Positions 35,906 through 49,545 are shown, numbered from the stretch's first letter. The stretch is DNA of 64,000 bases from Octopus bimaculoides (GCF_001194135.2 NC_068981.1:51388535-51452534); one strand, 5' to 3'. The notes: generated from the sequence alone by a model not told the origin. Made by a program: numbers and translations.

Positions 35906-38900
35906 CGAAGTGATATAGACCGAAGTGCAAGCAGTAGATTGAGGATCAAATGTGAAAAGCTGTTCGTTTAAACAATGATTGGTATTAGAACGTGCAATAA
36001 ATACACCGTAACGCAGTTAAAACAAATATGACGGTTTAAGATTAACAGAAAAAAGCGTCAGTACTGACAGAAGTAGAGATAATATTTCAATATTTTTTTC
36101 ATAAAGAGTACTTTACTTTCAATTAATTTTCGCCTTCTTAAAAGCCATTATCTCCCCGAGCATCATTGCAATTTCTTCTTAAATACGATGATAATTAAAG
36201 GCGTAAAGAGTGAGTTGGTAGAACGTATATTTCATAAGACTAGTGAACATAGAGTATGGATGGTTATATGAAAGACAAAGCTTTTCCACATAAATAAATG
36301 TGAAAATTGGGTATTTACCATGACAAGACGGAAAAAAAAGAAGTTGCCAGCAGACGGCTACATAAATCGACCCCGTACCCCTCAGGTGCCAAGTGAGAGC
36401 TCTATTATTAAGATAAACAGGCCCCTGTCCAGAGTAACCGTCAATTTTAAAGCTAAAGAATTGTGCTTTCGAATGCGAGAACATTTTATAAACAAACTTT
36501 GGAAGAGTCGAATGTGTTTCGTATTTTATAGACAACAAAGTAAATTTTGAAGGCAATAAAGCTATGAAAACAGCAGAAAGATTGAGTATTTACCCTTATA
36601 AGATGTCTGCCTACGCATCTCCTTCTCTCTTTGTTTCTCTATATATATATATATAGTTCAATCCAATTTACAGAAAACAAGAGACGAAGATAGATAAAGA
36701 AACAACAAACAGGTGTATTAGTTTGACGTTCGAGAAGATATGTGTTTGTGTGTGTGTGGAGAGAGAGACAGAGTGAGGGAGATGTCAAGGCATAACAACT
36801 GTCAGGTATGCATTTACGTAAATTATGTCTACTCTTGTATGCAATGAGTCATGCTTTTGAGGTCTTAGTCTCTCTCTCTTCTCTCTCTCTCTCCCTCTGT
36901 CTATCTGTATATTTAAATGGAAGCTACCGGAAGAAAAGCTGGCACAGGTGCTGCTGCATCATATTTATTTATGTAATCATTTATGTAATAATTTATAAAA
37001 TACTTTATGAACTGATATGAGATTGAAAACCCAGCAGCTCGCCGCTCTCGCTATTGAAACGAAGCAACTATTGCAATCTGTAACTAAAGCCTATTTATTC
37101 CATGTTCTATAATTTTTTGTTTAGATGTATATCTATAAAACGAGAACAAAAGTGGATTTCAAACGTTCACAACAGCTGTTTCAACTGCATTTTGTTATTG
37201 AGGAATAGATCGATTACACCACGAAAACATTCTGATTTGATCAGACTTCTGCGCCATGTGAATACATTGCAGCGCATTGAATTTAAGCTGCTCTTCATAT
37301 TTCTCACTTGCTTGAACTATGGATATCAAAGCGAGTTGCTCGGAATCTTCTCGTCCCTAAGATGAAGCTCACCTGATGAAAGCGAATTTTTCCCATATAT
37401 AATCGATGTAGTTGATTTATTCATCAATAACAGATTTTCTGAAACAGGTGTCGTTAACATTTAAAATTCATTTGTGTTCTTATTTTATATATATTGTTCT
37501 TATTTTCCCTAGAACCATCCCTATCTTGNNNNNNNNNNNNNNNNNNNNNNNNNNNNNNNNNNNNNNNNNNNNNNNNNNNNNNNNNNNNNNNNNNNNNNNN
37601 NNNNNNNNNNNNNNNNNNNNNNNNNNNNNNNNNNNNNNNNNNNNNNNNNNNNNNNNNNNNNNNNNNNNNNNNNNNNNNNNNNNNNNNNNNNNNNNNNNNN
37701 NNNNNNNNNNNATATATGTATATAGATATATATATATATACAAATGAAACACTGTAAATAAATAAACATATACTAAACGAGAGGCAAACAGAACGTCCGT
37801 AATTCTTCATCAGTTACCAACCAATTGCTAACATTCAGTTTCGCAGGAATCCTCTGCGTTACCGCTAGCTTGGATTACAGTGTTTCACGCTTACGGGAAT
37901 TGTAATGTATGACCATTAATTCCGGGATACGGTCTGTAATTTCGCTCTTACGGAAACTCGTATTGCAAAAGTTTCCAATTGTTAACTATTTAAAACTGCA
38001 CTTTCTTTATTGCTAAAGGGTGGGCACTTATAGTGGAAGGTCTGCAGGCTGATAATAATCCTAATCGAGACAGGAACATAAAAATTACCAGAGTAATTTA
38101 CAATGATCCCAATTCTTATACTGGGCTGTACAAATATATGACCTCGTCATAAGCAACAAAGAACTTTGAACAGGATTTTCAACCCTCAAGCTGGTGTTGC
38201 TGATAAGGAGTTACAAGATAGTAATTACTGTGCTTCAACCTACTAGTAACACTCCTTCCGTCAATACCATCAACACCCCTCACATAGTAGTCAACAGTCA
38301 ACATATTTTTGTGGTAATAACATACTCTTACGATATCACGATTCTTATTAATCCCCTAATACATACATACATATATATATTGGAATGTATGTTTTTATGC
38401 ATCTATATTGCACCGTGTATGGTTAGAATTTTTTTGTCGTTGTGAAAATGTCCATAGAACCACAATCTCACTTGGTAATATGAAAAGTAGTAGGAAAGTT
38501 TATTTCGCGTTACAGAATTTCACGTTACGGCCAGATTTTCAAGAACATATTACTTCCATAAACCGAGGATCCGCCTGTGTGTGTGTATTAAGATATGTTT
38601 GTGTATGTGTGTATGTGTGTACACATACACACATATGTGCAGTAAACCCTCGTTAATCCATGATAATACGGAGGGAGGCTAATTGATTCAGACAATGACG
38701 TAAGTTAACCGGTGACAGTAGTTAATTTGTATGTGTAGGACATTCGAAATACATACAATGTATAATGACTATGATAACCTTTAACGGTATTTCAGAAAAT
38801 GTTGTATTGATGATGTAGCAATACAAAACATAAATATATGCGTGGTTTGGTCAATAACTACCTGGTCTGTTACCATAGTAACGAAGCTCAAGCACGCAGA

Positions 38901-39049
38901 GTGACCTTCAGCTCTGCTATGCATGCACACTAAGTTATAACGTTTTATCTCACGCTGTTTACAGCAGTGCTTGGAAGGAAGCTGTGTAACGTGTGATAGT
39001 CGCATTGAACATGACAGAAATTTGAGCGGATAATCTGCATCAAGTTTTG

Positions 39050-39696
39050 TCAAAAGGTTGGCGATACCTGCTCAGAGGACTAGGCACAGTTTTTAAAAGG
39101 CTTTCTTAGTTCTCACCACAATCAAGATCATGTGCAACTGAAAACCGAGTGGATTTTGGTCAGCTGAAAGGGGCTTTCACAGACACGCATCTTGTACCCA
39201 AATCCTCAGTTATAAAGGACTTAACTGAACCGTAACTAATGTGCACATCTTCTGATAACTCACTGATGGTAATTCGACAATTTTCCCTCACAGCTGCACG
39301 CACATTTGTGATGTTTTTCTCAGTTCTGCTGGTTTCGGGTCTACCAGAACGTTCGTCGATATCAACATTTCGTCGGCCATCTTCTAAACGTTTGAACCCC
39401 TTCTACACTTGTGTGCGGTTCATACACTCCTTTCCATATATTTTCTGCAAGTTTGCGTAGGGCTCTGAGGAGATATCACCATGACAACTTTCTCTGTCAA
39501 GGTCAATGCGACAATCATACGCTACAAACCTTCCTTCAATGCACTGCTGTAAACGATCGGTGAGAGCTAGAACGCTTTAACTTTGTGTGCATGCACAACA
39601 GCGTTCAAGATCAATCTTTGCAAAGCAGCCTCACTTTGCGTGCTTTAGCTTCATTACAAGGGCAACAGGCCGGATACTTATTGATCAGACCTCGTA
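39050..39696 (-). mobile_element. Mariner DNA transposon 5' half (TIR plus decayed transposase N-terminus)
   Basis: Minus end TA-CGAGGTCTGATCAATAAGTATCCGG is a mariner-type TIR; translation YGKECMNRTQV..FKRLEDGRRNVDIDERSGRPETSRTEKNITNVRAAVRENCRITISELSEDVHISYGSV matches the mariner HTH region; catalytic domain and second TIR not seen. Confidence 0.92.
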
Positions 39697-40578
39697 TCTT
39701 ATAAAATGGCTTAACAGTGAAATATGTAAAGGTATAAAAATTAATACCATAAATTGATACCTGTAATAGGTGGCAGCTGAGATTAATGCGATGAAGATGA
39801 AAGTAGACGAAGATGGCTTCCTTTGTTATGAGGTGGCAGAGTTATTGCATTCCACTGTTGTTAAGGTCTTACTCTTAGAAATATCAAATAAGTAAGGAAG
39901 CACTGACCCAACATCAGACAACTGCAGCAGACTTGCAAAGAATACACCTGAAGAATGAGTCGAACTTCAGTTATTTAGTCGTTAATGCTAATTCTAGAAA
40001 ATGAATTCCCCTGAAGCTCTAAGATATTGACGACATCTTTTTCTAGTGACACGTTATCGCATGTAATCCTGCTATTAAGCGATTCAAGAACTCCTTCCGC
40101 TGTTTCTCCTGCTAAATCTTGATGTCTAGGATTTCCTTCTTTGCATTTCCACCATTAATGATGTATACTGTGATATCAGTTTCGGCTCACCTCTGAATTG
40201 AAAGACGAAACCACTTCGAATTGATAAAAACCATATTACACAAAAGTGTTTCTCCAAGTATTGGCTATATTGAAAGTCTTTGGCAATTTTCTGAAATAGG
40301 GTTATAGATTTGATGTTACAAAGATTTCTTTGTCTTTTATGGGCTCTTCTATTACTACGAACCTTTCATCTAAATATTTTCACATGGTTACACTTATATC
40401 TTCATTCATAGACTGAATTGTGGAAGTAATATACGGTAACGAGAATAGGCAACTGATCGAACCGTCACTGTTGATGAGTACCTGAGCAATCATGTGCATA
40501 GCAAAAGTACTTAATGGCTGGTTCATCTCGTTAGTATAAACTTTGAAGACATATTTCTAATATTTATGTACTACAGTA

Positions 40579-41120
40579 AGGCGGCGAGCTGGCAGAAGAG
40601 TTGGCACGCCGGGCGAAATGCTTAGCGGTATTTCGTCTGCCGTTACGATCTGAGTTCAAATTCCGCCGACTTTGCCTTTCATCCTTTCGGGGTCGATAAA
40701 TTAAGTACCAGTTACGCACTGGGATCGATGTAATTGACTTAATCTGTTCGTCTGTTCTTGTTTGTTCCCTCTATGTCTAGCCCCTTGTCGCAAATAACGA
40801 AATAGGTATTTTGCTATGTTCTGAGTTCAAATTCTGCCGAGGTCGACTTTGCCATTCATCCTTTCGGGGGCGATTAAATAAGTACCAGTTACGCGTTGCT
40901 GTCGATATAATCGACTTAATCCGTTTGTTTGTCATTGTTTGTCCCATCTGTATGTAGCCCCTTGAGGGGAATAAAGAAATAAGAAACGTTAGCACGCCAG
41001 GCGAAATGCTTAGCGGTATTTCGTCTGTCTTTACATTCTGAGTTCAAATTCCGCCGAGGTCGACTTTGCCTTTCATCCTCAAAAATTTCGGGCCTTGTGC
41101 CTAGAGTAGAAAAGAATATA
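40579..41120 (+). mobile_element. Three head-to-tail SINE family B copies
   Basis: Core tgagttcaaatt(c/t)cgccga..gactttgcc(t/a)ttcatcc occurs near 40650, 40822 and 41040. Confidence 0.9.
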
Positions 41121-42082
41121 TGTATTGCGGTAATGAAATTCAAGGTAGTGAAATGCATTTAAGTTATGCAAGTTGAACTACCATTGTTTAGAATTGTAAT
41201 TATGTATTGGTCGCAGGTGCTGCAAGACACTTCGACATTGGCAGACATGCTGATCTCCAACCACTGCATTTGTGTAATTCAAGAGCGAAATAATTCCTTT
41301 CCCAGTTATGACAATGAGTGTAGGTTTCTTTCTTGAAGGCTTGGTTACCTCATGCTAATTTCCAACACTACAATTCGGTTTTATCCCCATCATGACCTTG
41401 AGGAATTACGAAACATTTGCACAAACATCAATAGAATCAAAGATTGTCACAAACCATTTATATTCAGACACCGTAACAATAACTTTCTTTTCCAATTTCT
41501 GCAGCTTCAAATTTGTTTTCAAAGAGACGTATCACCCCCCCCCCCCNNNNNNNNNNNNNNNNNGCACACACACACACACACACTCTTGTTCTATATCAAC
41601 ACAGACTTATGTAAGTTGCACATCAATTTTCCTATCCAAACATGTTAAACATCTCAACTCGAGTTTAACTCTGAGTAGATGCAACATTGATATAATAATA
41701 TGTGCCTGTGTGCATGTCTGTGTGTTTAGTATGTATATCTATACGTAAAAGTAAACAAAATAATCAGCAAAAATGTTAGAGCTAAGTATGTTGGATAGAA
41801 TGCTTCGGGTATTTGTTTAGAAAGTATGCGATCTGAGTATAGATGCCAACAACATCACCGCTTTGCAGATTTTATGAGCTGAATAACTTTCCTAGTCTGA
41901 GTTCGAACTTCGTCATCCCCTATTTGGGTGGTTATCTTATTCTGCCACTCGGTTTATCAGCCATAAGCTAACATTTTGGGACATTTAAACGGATCCAACA
42001 TTGTTGTAAGCATGCGGACCTAGCCTCTGGTTTGAGAGTAATCATTTTCCAGCCAGTCTGGTTCTGTTTTACCACCTGACTA

Positions 42083-42112
<30 letters not shown>

Positions 42113-42117
<5 letters not shown>

Positions 42118-42773
42118 GACCTGAATTGTTCTCAAAACAAAATTCAGCGGAATACCAAAGCGTAAGCGGGCAAGATATTTAAAATTACCGAAAAAAATCA
42201 TTATTAAACAGGAAATAGTTTCGAAATTACCACTCTTACCGAATGTCTGTTTCTCTTCTGCCTGATCGTAATGTAACCATGATCCTCAGAACCCTATACA
42301 AAGTTGCCCACTGTCATAGGTGAACGTGTATGTGGTTCTGTTAATTACAGTTTAATGGTAAAATTCAAAAGTCTTCGTTTTGGCGCGCTAATTCCGGGAA
42401 TATGTCTGCAGAAAAAATATTTACTGCGTCGCATATATCCAGTTTGAGAACTTGGTTACGGTTAATTCAATTAAAAACATAGGGTAAAAAATCATATATT
42501 AATTAATATCGATTTATTACCAGGAAGCTAGCACATTTAAAGAATCAAAGAGATTCAGAAACAATATCTGCGATCTCAGGGGATTAAAGTATATTTTAAT
42601 ATATAACGTTGACCACTCACGTGCACACTTAATGCGCTAGAAATAGATCACATCTTGTGTCTACTAAGACCTAAACTGTTCTCAAAACAAAATTCAGCGG
42701 AATACCAAAGCGTAAGCGAGCAGGACATTTAAAATTACCGAAAAAATCATTATTAAACAGGAACTAGTTTCGA
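42113..42773. repeat. Direct repeat of about 111 bp (42113-42224 and 42663-42773)
   Basis: Manual alignment: 6 substitutions and 1 single-base indel. Confidence 0.92.
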
Positions 42774-45700
42774 TATATATATATATGTATGTGTATGTAC
42801 ATATATATGCATATATATATATGTATATANNNNNNNNNNNNNNNNNNNNNNNNNNNNNNNNNNNNNNNNNNNNNNNNNNNNNNNNNNNNNNNNNNNNNNN
42901 NNNNNNNNNNNNNNNNNNNNNNNNNNNNNNNNNNNNNNNNNNNNNNNNNNNNNNNNNNNNNNNNNNNNNNNNNNNNNNNNNNNNNNNNNNNNNNNNNNNN
43001 NNNNNNNNNNNNNNNNNNNNNNNNNNNNNNNNNNNNNNNNNNNNNNNNNNNNNNNNNNNNNNNNNNNNNNNNNNNNNNNNNNNNNNNNNNNNNNNNNNNN
43101 NNNNNNNNNNNNNNNNNNNNNNNNNNNNNNNNNNNNNNNNNNNNNNNNNNNNNNNNNNNNNNNNNNNNNNNNNNNNNNNNNNNNNNNNNNNNNNNNNNNN
43201 NNNNNNNNNNNNNNNNNNNNNNNNNNNNNNNNNNNNNNNNNNNNNNNNNNNNNNNNNNNNNNNNNNNNNNNNNNNNNNNNNNNNNNNNNNNNNNNNNNNN
43301 NNNNNNNNNNNNNNNNNNNNNNNNNNNNNNNNNNNNNNNNNNNNNNNNNNNNNNNNNNNNNNNNNNNNNNNNNNNNNNNNNNNNNNNNNNNNNNNNNNNN
43401 NNNNNNNNNNNNNNNNNNNNNNNNNNNNNNNNNNNNNNNNNNNATATATAGTTGTAAGTTCCATTATTGGTAGCATCTACAAAAAAGCACTTCATCCAGT
43501 GAGAGATAAATAGCATTCAATATGCACAATTTCAAAAGAGCTACTAACAGTTTCGTGGTTTAAATTACTACATTAAATTGGCAGATTTATATAAAATGCG
43601 ATGTAACTCCAAACATTCTTTCAGACTCAGTTAAAAAAAAAAAGAGGACGCTGATCTATGAGAAAATATGATAACAAAAGGGACAAGAAGGCAAACGCGA
43701 AGAATATTGATGCAAAAAATGGAACGAGAAGAAAGAAAAGAAAAGTGAAGAAAACCATGATCTTCCTCCTTTTTTGACTGTAGAAAACATGATTAATGTA
43801 TGTCATGCAGAATAATATAACGGAAATGATGTCAAAGTCTTTGAAATAGCTACTCAAAACGGAATGGGTGGTGTCTTGCAGTTCGACAAAAGGAATTTGT
43901 CCATGTTCTTGAATATGCTAGTGAATCGGATCTGGAATTAATTAGTGAAGGGGAATTCTTGGATCTAAAAGACTGAGAGATGTTGAAGCTACTTATAACT
44001 TCCCTTTGAACCATTTATATATTGTATAGACTTCTTCACGAATCTCCACTTGATTGTATGTGTTGTGCATATAGTCTTCATATCCTATACCTGACCAGCC
44101 CACTTAGGCCTTATTTGTATTAATGCGTCGGAAAGAAGACTGCTGTCTTGCATAACGGCTTTTTAATTTTACCTTCGCATAAACAGATGTAACTTTACTT
44201 CTCAACTATGCTGCCTGGAGCACTGCTCTAACTTAGGCGTCATAAACAACTGAGTTTATGAAACACGCTTGATCAAACTGGCAAGCTTGCGGGTATCGAC
44301 AGTTACAACAAGGAGTGGTCGCTCGGTGTGACTTGCAAGTGATAATACCCTTCATATCATGGAAGCAGATGTACAAAAGTTTTATTGATCGTCTATTAAA
44401 ATTCTGCCTGTATTTGTGGTTTACTGAGAAACGCTTATTTAATAATGCCAGCAATTTCTTGCCTGTGTAAGTTTTAACATTTAAGGAGAAAAAGGGGTGG
44501 TGAACATTATTATTTTCCTAGGTCTACTTTGAGGCTTCATATTTTTTTAACGAAGGGGTTATATGATATCTTATCTTTGAATCTCCAATTAGCTAGAGCA
44601 TTGTTATAGTAGGTTTATACTTTATCAAAAAGAGGATAGAATAGATATCCTATTTCTAACGAGAGATATTAGGTTCTTTTAAAACACTATGAGGGGTTTT
44701 AAACACTATAGGTCTGTTCATGTATCTGTACATGTAGATACGTCTCAATTAATTTCTAACATATCTTATTAAAGCACTGCCACTATATATAGTTTTCTTT
44801 TGATGAGACACTATAACAAAGATCATGTGTCTCTTTATCACATGTAAACCCATCAAACCACTCATACACACATGTATGTGTGTTTGTTTGTGTGTGGGTA
44901 TGTGTGTGTGTGTGAGTGCGTATGTATTTATGATGCACCGTTTACATTCTTTTCGCATGGGTAGCAGAGAATTTATATATTTTTAATACATATGTGAGTC
45001 ACATACATATTATTTGCTGTTAATTTTAAAGTAAAATTCGGAACAAAACACACGAAACATAAAACATACATTATTGACAAGGTTTCCTTAAATAGATATT
45101 TCTGCCTGTCACTTTGCTTTCAAGTTCATTTCAGCGGACATACATGGTATAAATTGTAGCCCTGAGGATTTGCAGAAAAAAAGACGAAAATAGACGTATG
45201 TAAAAGAAATGAAACTATACAATGAGATTTAGTAGTCTCTGCACGCATTTCTTTTCAAAAGTTGAATTATCAGCAATAATTAATTTTAGTCGATAACATT
45301 TTCTGTTGCCTCTATAAAAGCGATGCTGATTTCTTTTGTCAAAGATATAAAGCCAAATTTTGTAAGGCAGTGAATATAGTCAACTGAATAAAACCAACTG
45401 TATCTATGGTATTTGTGTAAACCTTTCAATCCTTGCACGAGGACATTAGAAGCATAATAAAGTAGGTTAGCTTTAAGATTCAATTCTGGATAACGTACAG
45501 CTCACAATCAGTTAACTACTCGCTTAAAAGTGGTTTCCATACATAAGCAACACTGACGACCAGCATAGTCACAATGTCCCTCATTGATAGAAAAACAAAA
45601 GAATCTGATTGGATAAAACCTGTTAACTATTTCTGTTAAACGGATAAAAATATATCTAAGTCAACGCCATCAGGGTTTGAACACTGAATATGCACTACAA

Positions 45701-45849
45701 ATTATTTAATCAGTTTTCCGACTCATTGATGTTAAGAATATTGAATTCTTAGGTTGAATGGATGTAAAAGATCAGTAAGGTAGAAATATATTTGACTGAA
45801 GGAGATCTAGTATTACTACGTATTCCTGAAACATTGTAATCTTTATTTA

Positions 45850-46159
45850 GCAGAATCATGAATGCGCCAATCAAAGACCCTTCTAGAGTCTGGTGCATCA
45901 GTCTACGATCACAGTTGAACTCCTTTCGGGATCATCCATGCTTTTACGTCTTCCAGGTTCAATAATATGAATTATCAGCCAATTAATCGGATCGATTTAA
46001 CCGACGCACCCCTACTGCCGAATTTGTGGTCTTGTGTCTATTTTAGAAGGTGTCCCACGCAGAGTAACTTTACCAGCAACGTTTCATCCCCTTGGAGACG
46101 ATGAAATAAAGTACGAGTCTACAACTAAAGTCAATGGTATTCACAGCCTCGTTCCCCTG

Positions 46160-46225
<66 letters not shown>

Positions 46226-46672
46226 AAGGCAGCGAGTTAGCAGAATCGTTAGAACGATGGACAAAATGCTTAGCGGTATTTCGCCCATCGCTACGTTTTA
46301 AGTTCAAACTCTACCGGGGTTGACTTTGCCTTTCATCCTTTCGAGGTCGATAAATTAACTACCAGTGAAACACTGGGGTCGATGTAATCGTCTAGTCTCC
46401 TCCCCAGCATTTTCGGTCCTTGTGCCACTAGCAGAAAGTATTATTACTATTACTTTTAAGGCAGCGAGCCACAAGAATAGTTAGAACACTGGACGAAGTG
46501 CTTAGCGGTATTTCTCTCGTCATTACTTTCTGAAATCAAATTCCACAGACGTCGACTTTGTGTTTCATCCTCTCGGGATCGATACGAATAAGTGCCTCTT
46601 GAATACTGGAGTCGAAGTAATCGACTCATCCCCTACACCAAAATTACTGCCCTTGTAGCAAAAATTGAAACC
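45850..46672 (+). mobile_element. SINE family B cluster (clear copies 46227-46442 and 46458-46672; decayed copies upstream) interleaved with (ATT)n at 46160-46223
   Basis: aaggcagcgag..cagaatcgttagaac..aaatgcttagcggtatttc heads and family body motifs. Confidence 0.85.
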
Positions 46673-46686
46673 ATTATTATTATTAT

Positions 46687-48525
46687 GCGGTTGTTTTTTC
46701 TTCATTCTTCAAATTTTCTTCCATTTCTCGCCGTGTGTTATCCGTACACCTAGGGCAGAGAAGCTCATTGTATGCATTCCGAGTTTACACACGCAAATTC
46801 ACAGGTAAAATATGTATTTAAAAATAATTAATAAATAAATAAATTCATGAATAGATGTTGTTTTCTCAGTGATAATGCTCTTCTCAGTTCATGAGTTGTT
46901 CCAGTTAACACGATCTTTTGCACTTCCTGTAGGGATGGTAAGCCTGGTATCATTTTAAAATAGGTTTCAGTACTTTTTCCATTATTCCTAGAAATCCTAC
47001 AATCACTGGTACGGTAGTCGCCTTGAGGTGCCACATTTTTTCAATTTCTATTAGCAGGACTTTATAATTACTGGTCTTGTCAAATTCTTTCGCCGCTATA
47101 TTGTGATTGCAAGGAATACTCATGTCAGTTAATAAACCCACCTTTTTTGTCTGATCTTTTTATAATAATAGCTTATTAGCTTTTATAGTTTTGTCGGTGT
47201 GTTCGGGGAAGTCCCAGAGAATCCATACATTTTCTCCCTCAGTCACAGCTTCAGGATGGTGTTTATACCATTTGTCAGCGGTTTTGATTTAAAATGCTGA
47301 CATACTGTTCAGTGTAGATACTGGCCCACTCTGTCATGTCATTCTTTATATTCTACAGAGGTGTTAAAACTCTACACCCTGAGATTAGGTGGTCTATAGT
47401 TTCAATCTCATCATAACAGAATCGGCATTTTGGGTCAGCTCCGTTTTTTATCACATTGGCTTGGACGTTCCGGGTTAATAAGGTTTGGTATTGAGCAGCT
47501 AATATGAAACCTTCACTCACTGCTTTTAGCTCTGAGCTTCGTAACCATTGATACGTGTGTTTCCGGTTGACATCAGCTTGTTTGCCACATACTTTCCATG
47601 CAGAGGTTTCTGTTCTCATCTTATAGCTAATTTTTCATGTGCTTTTTTCTTTGCAATTAATTGTATTTTCTTTGCAGCATCAGTTGGCGCATTTCCTTCA
47701 ACATGATCAATCTGGTAGGTAACTAAGAGGTTGGTAGCGAGTTTTTTGCTCTCTTTCAGAATCGAGTGAAGTTTTTTCGGTCTTTCATATTTTGCAACAA
47801 GTTTCAGCATCCAATCGTTGGTTGTTTCAAGGTATTTGGCCAGTCCGATTGCGGTGGTTTTGTACGTATGTTCAAGCTGGATCAAGCCTCGACCTCCCTG
47901 AGCTCTGGGAAGGTAAAGACGATCCACGTCTGCCTTTGGATGGTGCATCTTATTACAAGTCGGTAGCTTACGGATTTTTCTGTCAATTTTCATTATTTCA
48001 TTGGTATTCCAGTTAAGCATATTGAAGCTATAAAGTACAACTGGGACTGCTAAGGAATTTATGGCTAACACCTTATTATATGCATTCAGCTCAGACTTCA
48101 GAACTACTTGATCTCTTCTATAACATTCCTTCCTAGCCTTCTTTTTGAGGCTTGCATGCTGGATACCAGAGCCTTCATTTATTCCTAGGTATTTATAGGT
48201 TTCTTCCTGCTCAAGATCCTTTATTACTGTTTGGACATCTAATTCTATTGAACTTGATTTTACCAGTTTCCCTTTCTTAAAAGTGGCTTTGGCACACTTT
48301 TCAAGGCCAAACTCCATCCCGATATCATCACTGAATCGTTTCACAGTATGTACTAGCACTTCAATCTCTTCATCATCTTTGCCATATAGTTTTTAATCAT
48401 CCATATAAAATAGATGGCATATTTTCCTGTTGTCAATTTTGTAGCCATTCCCTGTTCTATTCAGTTCACTTGAGAGTGGTATTAGTGCTATGCAGAAAAA
48501 TAGTGGCGACAGTCAGTTACCTTGG
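46687..48525 (-). mobile_element. R4/Dong-type non-LTR retrotransposon, 5'-truncated (subfamily A): RT from the QGD region, zinc knuckle, RLE endonuclease, 3' UTR
   Basis: QGN*LSPLFFC, HLFYMDD*KLYGK, ORF 47616-48359 (FGLEKCAK, YKYLGI, HPKADVDRLYLPRAQGGRGL), CRFCYDEIETIDHLISGC, WDFP..KPDI, VQKIVLTGTTHELRRALS; the 3' end abuts (TAA)n. Confidence 0.95.
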
Positions 48526-49058
48526 GTGGAGTGTTCCATATCTAGTTAGCAACTTCCTTGTCTTTCTGTCTAATCTGTTTACTTCGTGTACTGTCCACAC
48601 GATTAGTCCTGTTCCATATCTAAGAAGTGAAACCCCCAGGTGTTGATAGCTTCAATCTTATTCCGTCCGTTTAATTTCGACTTAAGGATCAGTCTCAGTC
48701 TGCGCAAGTATACTGCCTTAAATTTTTCTGTCATTTCTTTCTCCGTCAATTTATCCATTTCCAATATCCCCAGGTACTTATAGCCCGTGTCTTCTATCTG
48801 CTTCATAACATCCCCTGATGTTATCGTTAGTCAATCCATACATTTGATTTTTCTTCTCTTCAAGACTAACACATCACACTTTCTTAGTCCGAACACCATT
48901 CTGATATCGGCACTGAAGGTATACACCGTATAACGAGGGAACTGACTTGGGCTTCATATTTACCATAAACTTTGAGGTCATCCATGAATAACAAATGGTT
49001 CACTTTTTGTTGGTGGCATTTGAATACACACCCAGCTTTTGCTTTCCTCAGAATCAGT

Positions 49059-49060
<2 letters not shown>
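48521..49060 (-). mobile_element. R4/Dong-type RT fragment (subfamily B)
   Basis: KVNHLLFMDDLKVYGK, FGLRKC, GYKYLGILE, YLRRLRLILKSKLNGRNKIEAINTW, LLTRYGTLHPR; its 5' end abuts (AAT)n. Confidence 0.92.

Positions 49061-49128
<68 letters not shown>
49061..49128. repeat. (ATT)n microsatellite between Dong fragments
   Basis: Seen directly. Confidence 0.97.
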
Positions 49129-49424
49129 CTAATTTTAACCTGCATATTCGTTACAATCACTTGTCGAGACACATCCGGCGTCTTAGGGCGAGTGAAGGAT
49201 AAGAGATGTTACTGAAAGCTTGTGGAAGGGAGATGCCAGGGGCAGTAGCGAAGTATCTTCATGTAATGCAACACAGACATTTAAATTGATAGGGTTTTTC
49301 TAGGGATGTGGGCAGTACTTGTCAACACATTTTTTTGGGGGGATTTCTCTGAGACATGTTTCTCCTGGGATATTATCTAATGTTTTAAACATCCCTTTGT
49401 TATCATACCTAAGGCACCCACAAA
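49129..49424 (-). mobile_element. Short Dong-type 3'-end fragment (subfamily C)
   Basis: Minus translation VGALGMITKG..KH matches the Dong C-terminal VG.LG motif, then 3' UTR running into (TAA)n. Confidence 0.7.
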
Positions 49425-49447
49425 ATTATTATTATCTTTATTATCAC

Positions 49448-49545
49448 TGGTGGTGGTGGGAGGTGACGTCGGTGGCGGCGGTGATGATGGTGGTGTCGTC
49501 GTCGTCGTCGTCGTTGTTGTCGTCCTTGTCACCGTCAGCACCACC
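49448..49545. repeat. (GGT)/(GTC)n compound trinucleotide tract
   Basis: Seen directly. Confidence 0.9.

Noticed and set aside
38640-38665. CAGTAAACCCTCG resembling a pogo/Tigger TIR
   Set aside because: Not TA-flanked and no partner TIR or transposase was found.
41200-41530. Coding-like minus-strand stretch with GIK...TGK (piggyBac-like)
   Set aside because: Motif spacing is off, there are several stops and no other piggyBac signature.
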